Positions 23,530 to 35,000 of a stretch of DNA of 64,000 nucleotides are shown here, one piece after another (the first letter of the stretch is position 1; every line of letters starts with the position of its first letter). The position numbers and the translations under genes are program-made. The stretch comes from Styela clava. Taxonomy: Eukaryota. The stretch spans positions 10,478,001 through 10,542,000 of the forward strand of contig NC_135252.1 in NCBI RefSeq assembly GCF_964204865.1. Direction: 5' to 3'. The notes beneath the pieces are model-generated. The model was not told where the DNA came from and did not search any database. It worked only from the letters and a program-made list of their open reading frames with translations.

Positions 23530-24963
23530 TTATATTACAAACAACGCAGAATCGACGGCAAAACACTGACCTTTGCCATTCAATGACATGTGAAGCAATA
23601 GATCATTAGATTTATCGAGAAATTTAAGCGGTTTAAAAATTGTACATTCGGGTGCGAAAAGTTTTACATTGTGACAAGAACATGTTGGCAAGTACAGAAT
23701 TGTACTGGCAAGTACAGAATTGGCATATAACGAATCGTTTGAAATCAAGAACGGTAAATTATTTATTATATTATCAAAATTAAGGAAGATAGTAGTTACA
23801 AAAGTTGCGTCAAACTTCTTTTCACTAAAACTCAGATTACAACAGCATTTGATAAATGGTATGGTAACCAGTAAATTATCCAAAGTTCTGTCATGAACTC
23901 AAATGTAACTTTGGGACTTTGCTTCGCGTTTGTCCTCATTTAGTACGCATGGACGAATTATATGTCATACCGTTAAGTATTAATTGAGATTACGGACCGA
24001 TATGAAAAACTTAAAATATATTCTCAAACAACTCGGTTATTTGACCGGAAAAGAATCCTATACGTTGATATCGCCTAGGGATAGGCGATAGGATAATACA
24101 TTAATAGAATATATGAGATTCGGGGACATTTTGATATTTTTGTATATATTCCCTTGTGTAACAAAGTTAGTTTAACGGGTATAAAAAGTATACTAAGGGC
24201 GAAATATTATATATATATTTCGTGACGACGCGGTATATTAAATACCATGTTACATGAAAATTATAGTCAAGTACCAGACATGATATCGCTCCCATTTCAA
24301 CTTTCCGTTTCGGAGTACTCCGACAATAAATGCTTTGCAAATCACCTCATCCGTATTTACGATTAATCAATACCTGAACTTGATCCCTATGTTCAATGAG
24401 CGTAAGTATTGATTAAAAACTCGGTCATTTATTATTAAAATGAACATTTTGTAAAATGATTTCGGTGATTCAAAAGACGTATTTGTATTAGTTCCACTTA
24501 CATTTTACCAGAGGTTCAATGTAATATAGGTATTTTAATTTGATATCAACTAAACTTTCTTTTGTACAAAAAAACGACATTTTAATGCCATTTTAGTCAT
24601 ATGCAGCTAATTAGATAATGTTGCGATCATCAATTTATATCATTCATTTACATGCGGGTGCACTGTAGTTCATTTAGTATTCATATTGACAATTCTCTAT
24701 AGGCATTCTGGCTTGAATTTAGCAGATGCTAGAAATGTATTGGGCAAACTCAACTACGGCTCGCCGTGGCATTTCGTGCGACCCCGTAAACTTAGAAAAA
24801 GTTGCGACAATTCTTTACAAGAACCAATTTGCGTCAGTTCATGATTTTACTTTGTTATCTAATATATTTCTTGAAAAATTCTTTAATTTGGGATATTTTA
24901 CATGTTATATTTTAACTGAAGGTAACTATATAATATGATCTTTTGAAGAAATAAAGTTTTTTT

Positions 24964-25095
24964 TCAATATTGTTGCTCTTTGCAAAACAAAAAAGATTTT
25001 CTGAATGCGGCCTTTGCAAAATAACTTTCTCAATATTGTTGCCCTTTGCAAAACAAAAAAGATTTTCTGAATGCGGCCTTTGCAAAATAACTTTC
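24964..25095. repeat. Tandem duplication, 66-bp unit, two near-identical copies
   Basis: TCAATATTGTTGC(T/C)CTTTGCAAAACAAAAAAGATTTTCTGAATGCGGCCTTTGCAAAATAACTTTC at 24964 and 25030. Confidence 0.92.
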
Positions 25096-26097
25096 ACCGC
25101 CCCTGGATTAGAATATATAAAATTGTTGGATTTAATAGCCATAGACCACATAATCATCACAAGCAATAATAAAATCTCTAAACTTATTTGAATCTAGAAA
25201 TCCATGATGGAATAAGAAGAACAAGGAAACAAAGAAAAATCGAAGAATAATATAAACGCTGAATTAAACTCGTATAAAAAGTAACCAAGATGAAGTCATT
25301 TATGGCGTAGTTGTGTATAGCCGAGGACATTTGTGATGCGACCTGAACAGCAATATATAACGTCTGATTTTTTGTGTTTAAAATTGTATTATTTTTCAAT
25401 AACCACTCGATTGCAGTTTCTGTTTGTTTTTTATAATGTAAGTTGGGACGCCGAGTTAATGACTTCTCACTGCAACAGCGCCTCGATGTATCATCTTCAG
25501 AAAAATCTCTCCTGTTAGTTAACGGTTGCAATTAAGATTTTAATACTTGTACTCCCATCAGCATGTCAGGCTATCAGACAATAAAAGCGAGTACGACCCC
25601 AAAATGAAAAATGGTGATATGTTCCGTATAAAAGAGCTACATTTCATAAATCATTATTCATGTTGTCCCAACGATGCGAGCATTTTTTTTTATATGTCCT
25701 GAATAATCTGAGTACATAACCTTGCAACCCGTTATACAATAGTGAGGTTGGGATTATAAACTAGGAAGGATAGAAACAGAATGACACATAGAAAAAATTA
25801 TTACCGCAATTGAGAGTTAAAATTTTAACATAGTTCAGTGATAAATCGGCATAAAAGTAGTTTTCGTTTTGAAGTCGATTGAAAGCGTATGAAATCAAAT
25901 ATATACAGCTAATAAACCTAAACTAAAAGTTTTCTCGAGATCAAGCGGTTTGTGAGCAGGTGCAATAACCAGCGTATGGGTAAATAAAAAAAAATGTAGG
26001 TCAGTGCTCTCCACCCAATCTTTTTTCTTGTGTGGCCTATAATCAGTTTGGGTAAAAGCGGTATGGCCCACTACTATCTTGTTAGAATTGGCTACAC

Positions 26098-26417
26098 CCG
26101 TGGTTCTCAAACTTTCATAATCAGTGGCCCGATTCCAAAGACTCTTAACACTTGCGGTCCCTGCTCCTCTATGAAAACACCTAGTTTAAATTTTAACGCG
26201 TTTCTATTAGTAATTTTATGCTCCACAATAAATAGCGAACAAACAAAAGCAAATAAAGAAGTGAATTACAGTAAAAAAATAACAAAAACGCAGTCAATTT
26301 ACTCCAAATTAATGTGGTTATGGCGAATGGTACGTCGCGCAGGTCTATGCTCGTGAACCCACAGAACCGTCTCGTGCCCCAATTCGGAGGGCCGATGGCC
26401 CAGTTTAAGGAACCCTG
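26098..26417. mobile_element. Probable decayed hAT-type MITE
   Basis: Begins CCGTGGTTCTCAAACT and ends AGTTTAAGGAACCCTG (imperfect TIR pair of the CAG-type hAT family); no clean TSD. Confidence 0.5.
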
Positions 26418-28632
26418 AGCTTTCCATTGTCCCTCTCTTCTCAACCACCAAGAATTTATCTAAATCTCAATTTAGAGTATACTTCATCAAATTTGCTTTT
26501 TGACATTTTCTAGCAGTCACAAATGAAGCTTTCCGCGCGAATTGTTGCCTAATTGCCTAATACTTCTGTACAGCTGCTGTGAAACTGATTTCTGCCCAGC
26601 AGTACTGTTGTACATGAAGACAACAATCAGAAACATCATTGTTGTGGAACAATGCTAATGAATAATGCTTGCTCAGTGTGCGTGCTGCACAAGCAAGTAG
26701 TTGATTTCGGTAATAACGGTCAGGAAAGATAATTGTTGATACAAATAGTAGTCATTTTCACGGGTCATTATTTTGATTTTTTCCAAACGCAGTTGAAGTT
26801 ATCTTGCTGATTAGACCACGGTACGAAAATGAACAAGTAAATCGATGCTGGGAGAAACGTTGAAATTGCCCACTCGGAGACGACTACATGGCCCAAGGAT
26901 ACACATGTGTTGATGGTGGATTGTCAGTCGACAAAACTTAGCGTGGCAACTAGTGCTCGTCAATTTTTGCCCAGGGATGGTTGCTTATGAATACAGGTGC
27001 CGGTGGTAGCAGCTCAAAAAGCATGCCAAAGTGAAGGAAAGTTATTCTATTTACTTTTGCGAATGTTAGAAGGTAAGATCGGTTAGAGCTGTGATCATTG
27101 ATAATGGAAGACTTATGTTGTAAAAGTATATCACATTTTTTCAGATGTTCACGATTTGAATACCGATAATTACAGAACAACCCCTCCATGCTCGAGCTCA
27201 TACAACAGTCATCATACTTGCTGTATAATTGTGCATGAATCATTTGGTTGAAATACAAACCACCTTGCTTAAGAGGACTTGTATCTAAATGATGGGAACT
27301 TCTCATTCCTGTTTAGAGGAAGTTACGGACAGAAGTTTTATTTGATTGAAATAGCAAGCACATCACTAATGAACGCCACAAGCGGAAGATCTGTATCTGA
27401 TTTCTGTGAACCTCTCAGTCCCAATTATAAAAAATCACAATCGGCAGTTTGTGGTCAAATATAGACTTTTGCTATGCTATCCTTGATCTAAGTATACCCA
27501 AGCAAAGATAGAGGACATTGCTTCACTCAATTATAGATTACGCCAATGCCCAGTGATTCTTTTTCTAAGGTGCAAGTAACAAAATCACTGTACTATCTCA
27601 ATTTCTTATAACTGTAGGAAATGTTTACATGCATTTTATGGAACCTTTAGGTCCTTCACTTTAAGCACCGTTAAGTTAGTCACTCTTTATGATTTTACAT
27701 TGCCCATCTTTACTGTGACGTTATAAGTAACTTCTTTCCCCGCGCTTTACGGCCTTCCAGAATTTTCCTTGCCACGAGGTAGACGCTCAATGCGCTTTGC
27801 TTATTAGGGAGGATTCTGTGCGATTAAAATATTTTATTAATGATAGGTTTTCCTGATGTTTGTGTGGTTAGCCTTATGGTATACGTTAGTTACATAATGG
27901 TTATCAGGTGGATATTTTGATACTTATAATATTTTTTAATTTCTTCATATATTAGCCGAATAGCCTTTGAAGGGTTGCTGTAATTATTTGCATCGTTATA
28001 TCTTTACGGTTATATTGATCATTGTATTAATTTGTATTCTAGCACACTAATGGCTGTTCTTTGAGTCCTTGTCGAAAACAGTCAATTTATCACTAACACC
28101 GACACTACACTAATACTGTAATAGACTGTTATCACTGACGTCAACATCAGACGTGTTTAAACAAGATAATAAAGTTTCTTTCAACACAAGTCTACGGGAT
28201 TGTTTGTGCACAGGTTGCAGTGTGTGTTGGTCAGTTGGTGCATAGATTGAAGACATTATTTGGGGACCCAAGGGACAGGACGCGTCTCAAGTTACCCTGG
28301 ATATTGGAGTCGCCGTGGGACACATTAGGTACCGTACCCTACGCGTACTTATCCCACAATAACAATTCAGCATTCTACACCCTTGGGGATAGTAATTGTT
28401 CTTGTTATGGGTGCCATTCCCAGCTAAGAATACTCAATGGAATTTCAACTTGTGTGTGAAATATAATTTGTTGAAAATATGCATAAATACAATAACACAA
28501 TAGTAGTAGTTTTTCCTCTGTTGGCGTTATTCTCAGTTCCCGAAGCTTGATTTTTCTGCTTAGTGAACCAGTAGTCTGGTAGTGTTATTACTTGTGAACA
28601 ATAATGAAAACTCCTCGAATCTTACCTTATAA

Positions 28633-29058
28633 CAGGGGTCGGCAACCTTTTGTCGTTTACGGGCCAAAATAAAGGTTGCAAGACATTGGCGGGCCGCACA
28701 TATTTCTAGAAAGTTGAAAACCGAACGAATGATACTTTTTATAATAAAAATTAAGCAATGATACATCTCTCGAATAGAATAAAGATTCATTTCCTCATTC
28801 GAACCATTTGCATTTGACAATAACTTTTCTGCGTTTTGTTGCCATTTGTCGAATTATAATTAAATTATGGGCTCAATAAACGAGTACTTGTGAATTTTAT
28901 ACTTGTTAGATTATAATATAATCTACACTTGTCTTATAATAAACTCTGTTACGTACAGAATATATTCTTCAAAACACCTGTTTTGTTACTATAATTCAGT
29001 GAGTCGTCGCGGGCCGGATTATAGTACCGGCCCGCGGGCCGTAGGTTGCCGACCCCTG
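28633..29058 (+). mobile_element. Intact hAT-superfamily MITE with perfect TIRs and 8-bp TSD
   Basis: 16-bp TIRs CAGGGGTCGGCAACCT / AGGTTGCCGACCCCTG; identical TSD CCTTATAA at 28625-28632 and 29059-29066; 426 bp, non-coding. Confidence 0.95.
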
Positions 29059-29434
29059 CCTTATAACTTAATAAACGAATACTCTTCTCGTATCATCTTT
29101 TATGAGCTACCTGTATCAATAGTATCCAAGTTATTGATCTCATGACGTCCCGTTCAGGTATTCACATATGACTGTATGGATGCCTACGGTACATCGTACA
29201 CGTTATTTTTTCTAAAATACTACAACGCATCTGAAAACAGTATTTCTATGAATCCAGCAACGAAACACCATTACATTGCGTTTTATTCACAAGAAACATT
29301 GTAAGTCAGGCCTAGACGCGTTAACGTTCAGAGCAAGAAATCGCAGACGTGTCAAAGGTCATGACTGTCCCTAAGCAAGTTTATGTGTATGGGATTAGCT
29401 AGCCAGTTATTTGTTCCAAATGCATGGAATAGAA

Positions 29435-29840
29435 CAGAGGTTTCTCAACTTTTTTCATGTTAAGTACCCCCGGGTCATGAAAATAACCCGAACCCCCAAT
29501 AATCAGACACAAAACAAATTTGTAGTATACAGTATTGAGTAACAATTTTTAATCTGTGATTTAAAGCAGTGGTTCCCAACCGCTGCTCCGCGGACCGGCA
29601 TCGAACGCTTTTTTTCGGTCCGCGAGAAATTTTGTTGGTTTTCAGCCGCCTCAATCGCTTTTGCTTTACCGAACCCGGAATGACGACGTTGCGTTTGTTT
29701 ATTACGCAATTTCTCTTTCGCCGGCGTAATGCTGTTTGCGGAATTAATGACCCGACGACGCCGTGGCGCCAAGTAATCACACTTTTCGGTTCCGATTAAG
29801 CGCTAAATCGTCCGTCAAATCTCGCGAGATTCAGAAACCC
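29435..29840. mobile_element. Adjacent or nested hAT transposon left ends (remnants)
   Basis: hAT-like termini CAGAGGTTTCTCAACT at 29435 and CAGTGGTTCCCAACC at 29567, the latter followed by a GC-rich subterminal region (CCGCGGACCGG...GGTCCGCGAGA); matching right ends not found, so the right boundary is approximate. Confidence 0.5.
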
Positions 29841-30694
29841 GAAGATCGGCATCAGTGTTTTTCTGTTCTGCATGCTTTTCCTGCTTAATATGAACTATTT
29901 CTTTGTTTAAACCAGAAAATAGTCATGGACAGTATATTATTCCGGTACTTCGCCTTGACATTCAGTAAAATATAATCTTGTTGCAACCCTGCAGGTCACG
30001 AGACGCACAACAGAAGCATGAGCCGCAGAGATCTTTTCCAAGTGATGCACAGCAGGATGGTGAACCTAGTGCCAAGTTACCGACGACTTTGTCATATTAA
30101 TGCAAATTCATTTTGTTTGATGCGTCGATTTACTGCAGAAGGATTAATATGAGATCAGTTGACCAACAAAGCATTTTGATATTTTTTAACAGGAATTTAC
30201 GATCGTTCCCAGATAGCACAACTACGTTGGAGGAGAATAGGTCTTCTTCGGGACCAAGTTTGATCGACTCGTTTCAATTTTTGGCCGGCGCATTATTTGT
30301 TTTTATTCATGCGAATTGTTTTCAAGTGTTCCCTCTTTATCTAGAAGCATAAGTTGTCCACAGTCGTTTGTCGCAATAAATAGTCGTGCTGTCCAAACTT
30401 ATCGAATTAGAATTAGGCCTACTGTGTTTCCGCTTTGACAGCTGAATTTTTTAGTCTACTTGGTAGAATAATTTTTACCTCTCAATCTTATTCATTCAAT
30501 CTCCAACGACCAAGCATCATGTCAATACAGGATACCAGGGCAACACCGCAGCACGTCTTCAAACGTGAATATATATATATTTCGTGAACCTCACATATCA
30601 TGAGTGGTTCCTATGTCATGAATATTGTTTTGCGAATGTCTACCCAAACGCGGTACGACACACAAAAACTGAGGCGCAGTTCTTACCACTTCAT

Positions 30695-31095
30695 GGCAGT
30701 TCCTGCCACGAACGAACCGCGGCAGCTCTTGCCATGGTTTTATAGCGCTCTTCAGTAATCAGTATTAACGGTATATTCACAAATTAATGTACCAGATTTT
30801 AATTGATCATGTGGAATTATATCTACTTAAACCATAACCCCAAATCCATCAAAACTGTATCCATAAGAAAAACGTTCCAACTTACCCTGTATTTGTCACC
30901 ATAAAGGACAGTCCTATCTTTACGGCTCACCTGCCGCGGTTACGGCAGCAAAATTATACCTGCCATTGGTTTTCAATTTGCTGCCGCGGTAACGGCAGCT
31001 CGACATTGGTTTGTAGCAGCTAAAAAGTCAGTCGCCATAGGTTTGGACGGAGCGGCCATGGTATGGAAATACCGCCATGGTTTTGCGGCAGCTAC
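30695..31095. repeat. Cluster of GC-rich short hairpin motifs CTGCC...GGCAG (probable repeat-element interior)
   Basis: CTGCCGCGGTTACGGCAG (30931), CTGCCGCGGTAACGGCAG (30981), variants at ~30703 and ~31072, plus repeated GCCATGGT. Confidence 0.55.
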
Positions 31096-32098
31096 AGACG
31101 CCACAGAATACTTAAAACTGCACTTGCAAAAACTAGCCACCTTCCATTTCCGGTTATCATGGTTGTCGCGCCTGGAGTCGTTTTCTCTCGTCACCACGAG
31201 CGATACTGGAAACACCAAGTCGCTTAAATTTAGTTAATAGTCGGCTCCTGTTAGTAAATATTGTTCGGCTTTTTTTTTTATCTTAGTATATATGATTCAA
31301 TGTTAAACTCTCTCACAGGTGATTCTCTGCTAAATAATAATTACTTGTTTATTGCGTCTCCCTTCAACCTGAAATACACTTTTATTTTATTTTACATCAC
31401 TGTTTGTGCACTTTGTATTTTCGGTAAGTGAAAAAAATAAACTATTGAATGACTGAATAAATTGTCTAACTCAAAGGACTTGTTCAATTTTATACAATTT
31501 AGATCATCAGCATTTATCTTATTGATCCTGGATCCACATTCCAACAAAATTAATCTATATTTTCCCCATTGGCGGACAAATCGATCTATTTTTATGGGAT
31601 ATCATTGATGACTGAGATTTTCAGAAGACTGAGACAGACTTTAAATCACTCGACTCATGAAATATACTAGGCGTTTTTCATTTCACTGAAATTACAGTGG
31701 AAAATAGAAAATATGTAAAAATAAAAAGTAACAAAAAGAAAGAATATAATAAAAAGCACGTCTAATTCCGTACTTATTTGGCTTGCGATAGTCAAATACC
31801 CATCTAAAGTCAAGTTGTAAAAGACGTCATTCTTGAACTTTTGTGACTGTTTGTTGGTCAAACAATTTTGCAGAAAAACTCAATTTAAAACTAAGTTGAC
31901 ACAGAGGCGTTATCAAACTTAATGCATAAAGGCAGAAATGAAAGACATATTCTAACTTATGACTGGAACTCATTCGTTGAACGCATTATAAATTGCCGAC
32001 CATGGCATGAAAAAATCAGACGCTTGAAGCACGAATATGGCATGACCAGACCACTCTTGTTCATCGAGTATATGAAATTAATTCTAACTAATCTTGTG

Positions 32099-35000
32099 TT
32101 AAGATGAAATCAAATTATCAATGTCGGATATTATTTTCTGTGTTTCTTCAAGTGAAACTTCGCCATTAAAAGATTTCGATTTTGCTTCTGGATTGTGAAA
32201 GCTACTATTTTTGACATCGCGAAGTAAAGCTGTTTCTTCTGCTCTAGAGTCAGACACGTCTTCAGTCATGCTACTATTCAGAAAGCGGGTGTGGATAACA
32301 TGATCTCGAAGTGAATTCCTGCGCACTGGGGCTTGAGAAAATCGCTTGACTTTTTCCATAACGCTACCGGTCGAAGCATCTCCATTATTTTCACATACAG
32401 ACAGGGGTCGAGCAGGCGCAACTCGGTACATTTCGGGCATTTCGCAAGGTACACAGGAACTGCTTGAAATGGATGATGACGAACCGTTGTTGGAATGATG
32501 GGATCTAGGTAAATTGTTAGAGGGCGGAAGGTAAGGGCGTGATAAGACGGGTCTTGTTTGTGATTGAGTTGTAGGGATGTCATTTGTAGTTTGTTGTTGT
32601 GAACGATACATATCGCGCCAGTCACCTTCTTCCGGAAAGTAATGCTTCTGTGAGTTCTGACTTTGATAATATGAGGGAGAATACATTTGTTGTTTCGAGT
32701 ATTGTGCTGTTGGATAAGACTGTCCATATGTTGGATATTCATGTTGATTGTAAGATTCGCAAGAATACATGGATGATTGATCCCCTGTGTCCAAAACTAT
32801 ACGAAGTGGCTGAGTTTCACTAATGGTCTCTAAACCACAATTGTCGAAATTACCAGCCCCGTATCTTCCAGGCAACGAATTTGTAGTTGGAACGAATTGC
32901 TGTTGATCTGCATAATTGTGGTTTGAGAGTGCAGTATTATCGCTAGTTTCGCTTCCGGCATCACTGTATATGAAACTGTCATGTTCCCCATGGATATCTG
33001 CGAAGAAAAGGGAAATTTAGGATCAAATACCTCATGAGATAAGTTTATTGGTTAGTTGTGATATATCAATCGGGGGTAATTATTATTATATGTAAATAAA
33101 CTATACGCGTGTATAACCTAATTCATATACGACAATATTTTTCAAATACACTGGGCTGAAATACATCTAGCTTAACTACTTAAGAGTAATGTGAAGTGAC
33201 GTGGTACTATATCATATTATGAATGTTTTTTTTCTAAATACCAACTGCCGTTACTTACCACAATGTGCTACAACAGGCATCCAACATTCATCTGAATGAC
33301 CATATTTTCTACACGAAATGGTACATCTTGGTCCCAATTCATTCAGATACCCACTGCAGTATTGTAAGTTACTTTCAGATGGAGTTTGTGTTCCTTGAAT
33401 ATCTGGAAGTGAATCAGTTTGTATCAGAATAGACGAAGATGGATGAGACACGTATGACTTGAAGTATGTAAATGAAATGATGGATATCCATTTTATAATT
33501 GCTTACCCTTTTCTCCACCGTAACTATCGCTGTCTTTATCACTTTCCCCCTTTCCGCTGTCTCTATCGGTGTGTGTTGTTGTAACAGGTTGGAGTTGATT
33601 TACGCCGTTCTAAAGCAAATAATAGAATTATGACAGCAATGTTGGATGCCTACGAATAAGAATAATTGAAAAAAAAATGTGAATACTCGTAAAGAAAATA
33701 AATCATTTGTCTCTTTGTAGATTTATGTATCGCATCGGAGCTCTTCAATATTTAGTTCTTTTTTTTGATTACCTATAAAATTATTACCTTTTTAGAATAT
33801 GAAAATGTACTGAATGTTGGTCCTCCTCTTTCAGTTGTTGCGTATTTTGTATTCGTGGAAGTATTTTTCTCCAATTTTCCATTTGCAAGTGTCATAGATC
33901 TGCATAAAAACACAATATTTTCATACGCTATAGACAACGGGCAATTCAGTTACCGTATATCAGAAAAAAGGTCTACGAATATTCGGTTGTTAAAGCAACG
34001 TCTCGAACTCAAAGTGCAAGAATTGTATGATTTTTTGACATGTACCTGCTTCGGTTGATTTCCATTGCTCGGCCGAAGTGAATGTCTTTTGTTGTGGTCA
34101 CTCCTGGGGTTGACACTACCACTACCTCATCAACACTGCCAATTTGTGACATGCTACTTTTGCTTGCACAGTTAACAGCGCGTCCGGACTTTGTTTCAGC
34201 AGCACGGCAGTTATAAGTACGAATTTCCTGAATAGAATAACATTGTATTTTCACTATAAATATGTTTTTTTAGTTTCAAGCCTATGCCCAAATTACGAGA
34301 TATGAAATGATTTTTATGTAAGTTAACCGATACATATATTCATTATTCTTATAGCTTTTAAAATAAATAGACCATAATTATATTCCCAATTTTAATCGTC
34401 TGGATGGTGAAAACTATAGCATTTTGCGTTACCTTATTTTCTTTTCTGCATTTGATGACAATACAAGCCAAAACAAGAAGAAGTATGACGGTGGCTGATG
34501 CCAAAGTCGCAAGAACGATTACGGTAATTTTACTCGACTCTCTCGCTTCGTCTGAATCAGCATAGTTAGGTATGATAGATGCAAGAGGAACATCAGTAAC
34601 TTTTATAATCAATCGTGTCTGCGCTTCTTGTGGAGGATTTCCCTTGTCTCGTGCCTGCAATTTTTAACATATTAGTATTATTACCAAATCATGAAAATTC
34701 AAATGTCAAAATGTAATGAAACATGAAATAGGCAACAATGTGCCTATAACCTAAGATCTCAGCTAATTTTCAGGAGTGTATGGGTTTTTATAGAACAGAA
34801 ATTAGCCTTGAACTGTAATTATAGTTTTAGAGTCAACTGACCTTAATTACAAGAGTATGTTCTCCTAGAAGTTCTGTAAGCTTATTGCTTGAGTTCAACC
34901 TTAAACTCCCTGTCACCGGATCGATCAAAAATTTAAATGGCGGTTTGGCGCCATCTTCTAATGCAATAGAATACCAAACTTTGGCGTTATTCCCAGCGTC

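Noticed and set aside
24912-25191. ORFs on both strands with a duplicated 22-aa unit
   Set aside because: Explained by a 66-bp tandem DNA duplication; no other coding signal.
29475-29799. Overlapping Arg-rich ORFs
   Set aside because: Fall in the GC-rich subterminal region of a hAT remnant; no transposase motifs seen.
30695-31095. CRISPR-like reading of the palindromic repeats
   Set aside because: Eukaryotic context, irregular spacing, degenerate copies and no cas genes.
32278-32823. Alternative-frame and antisense ORFs within the last protocadherin exon
   Set aside because: Shadows of the true coding frame.
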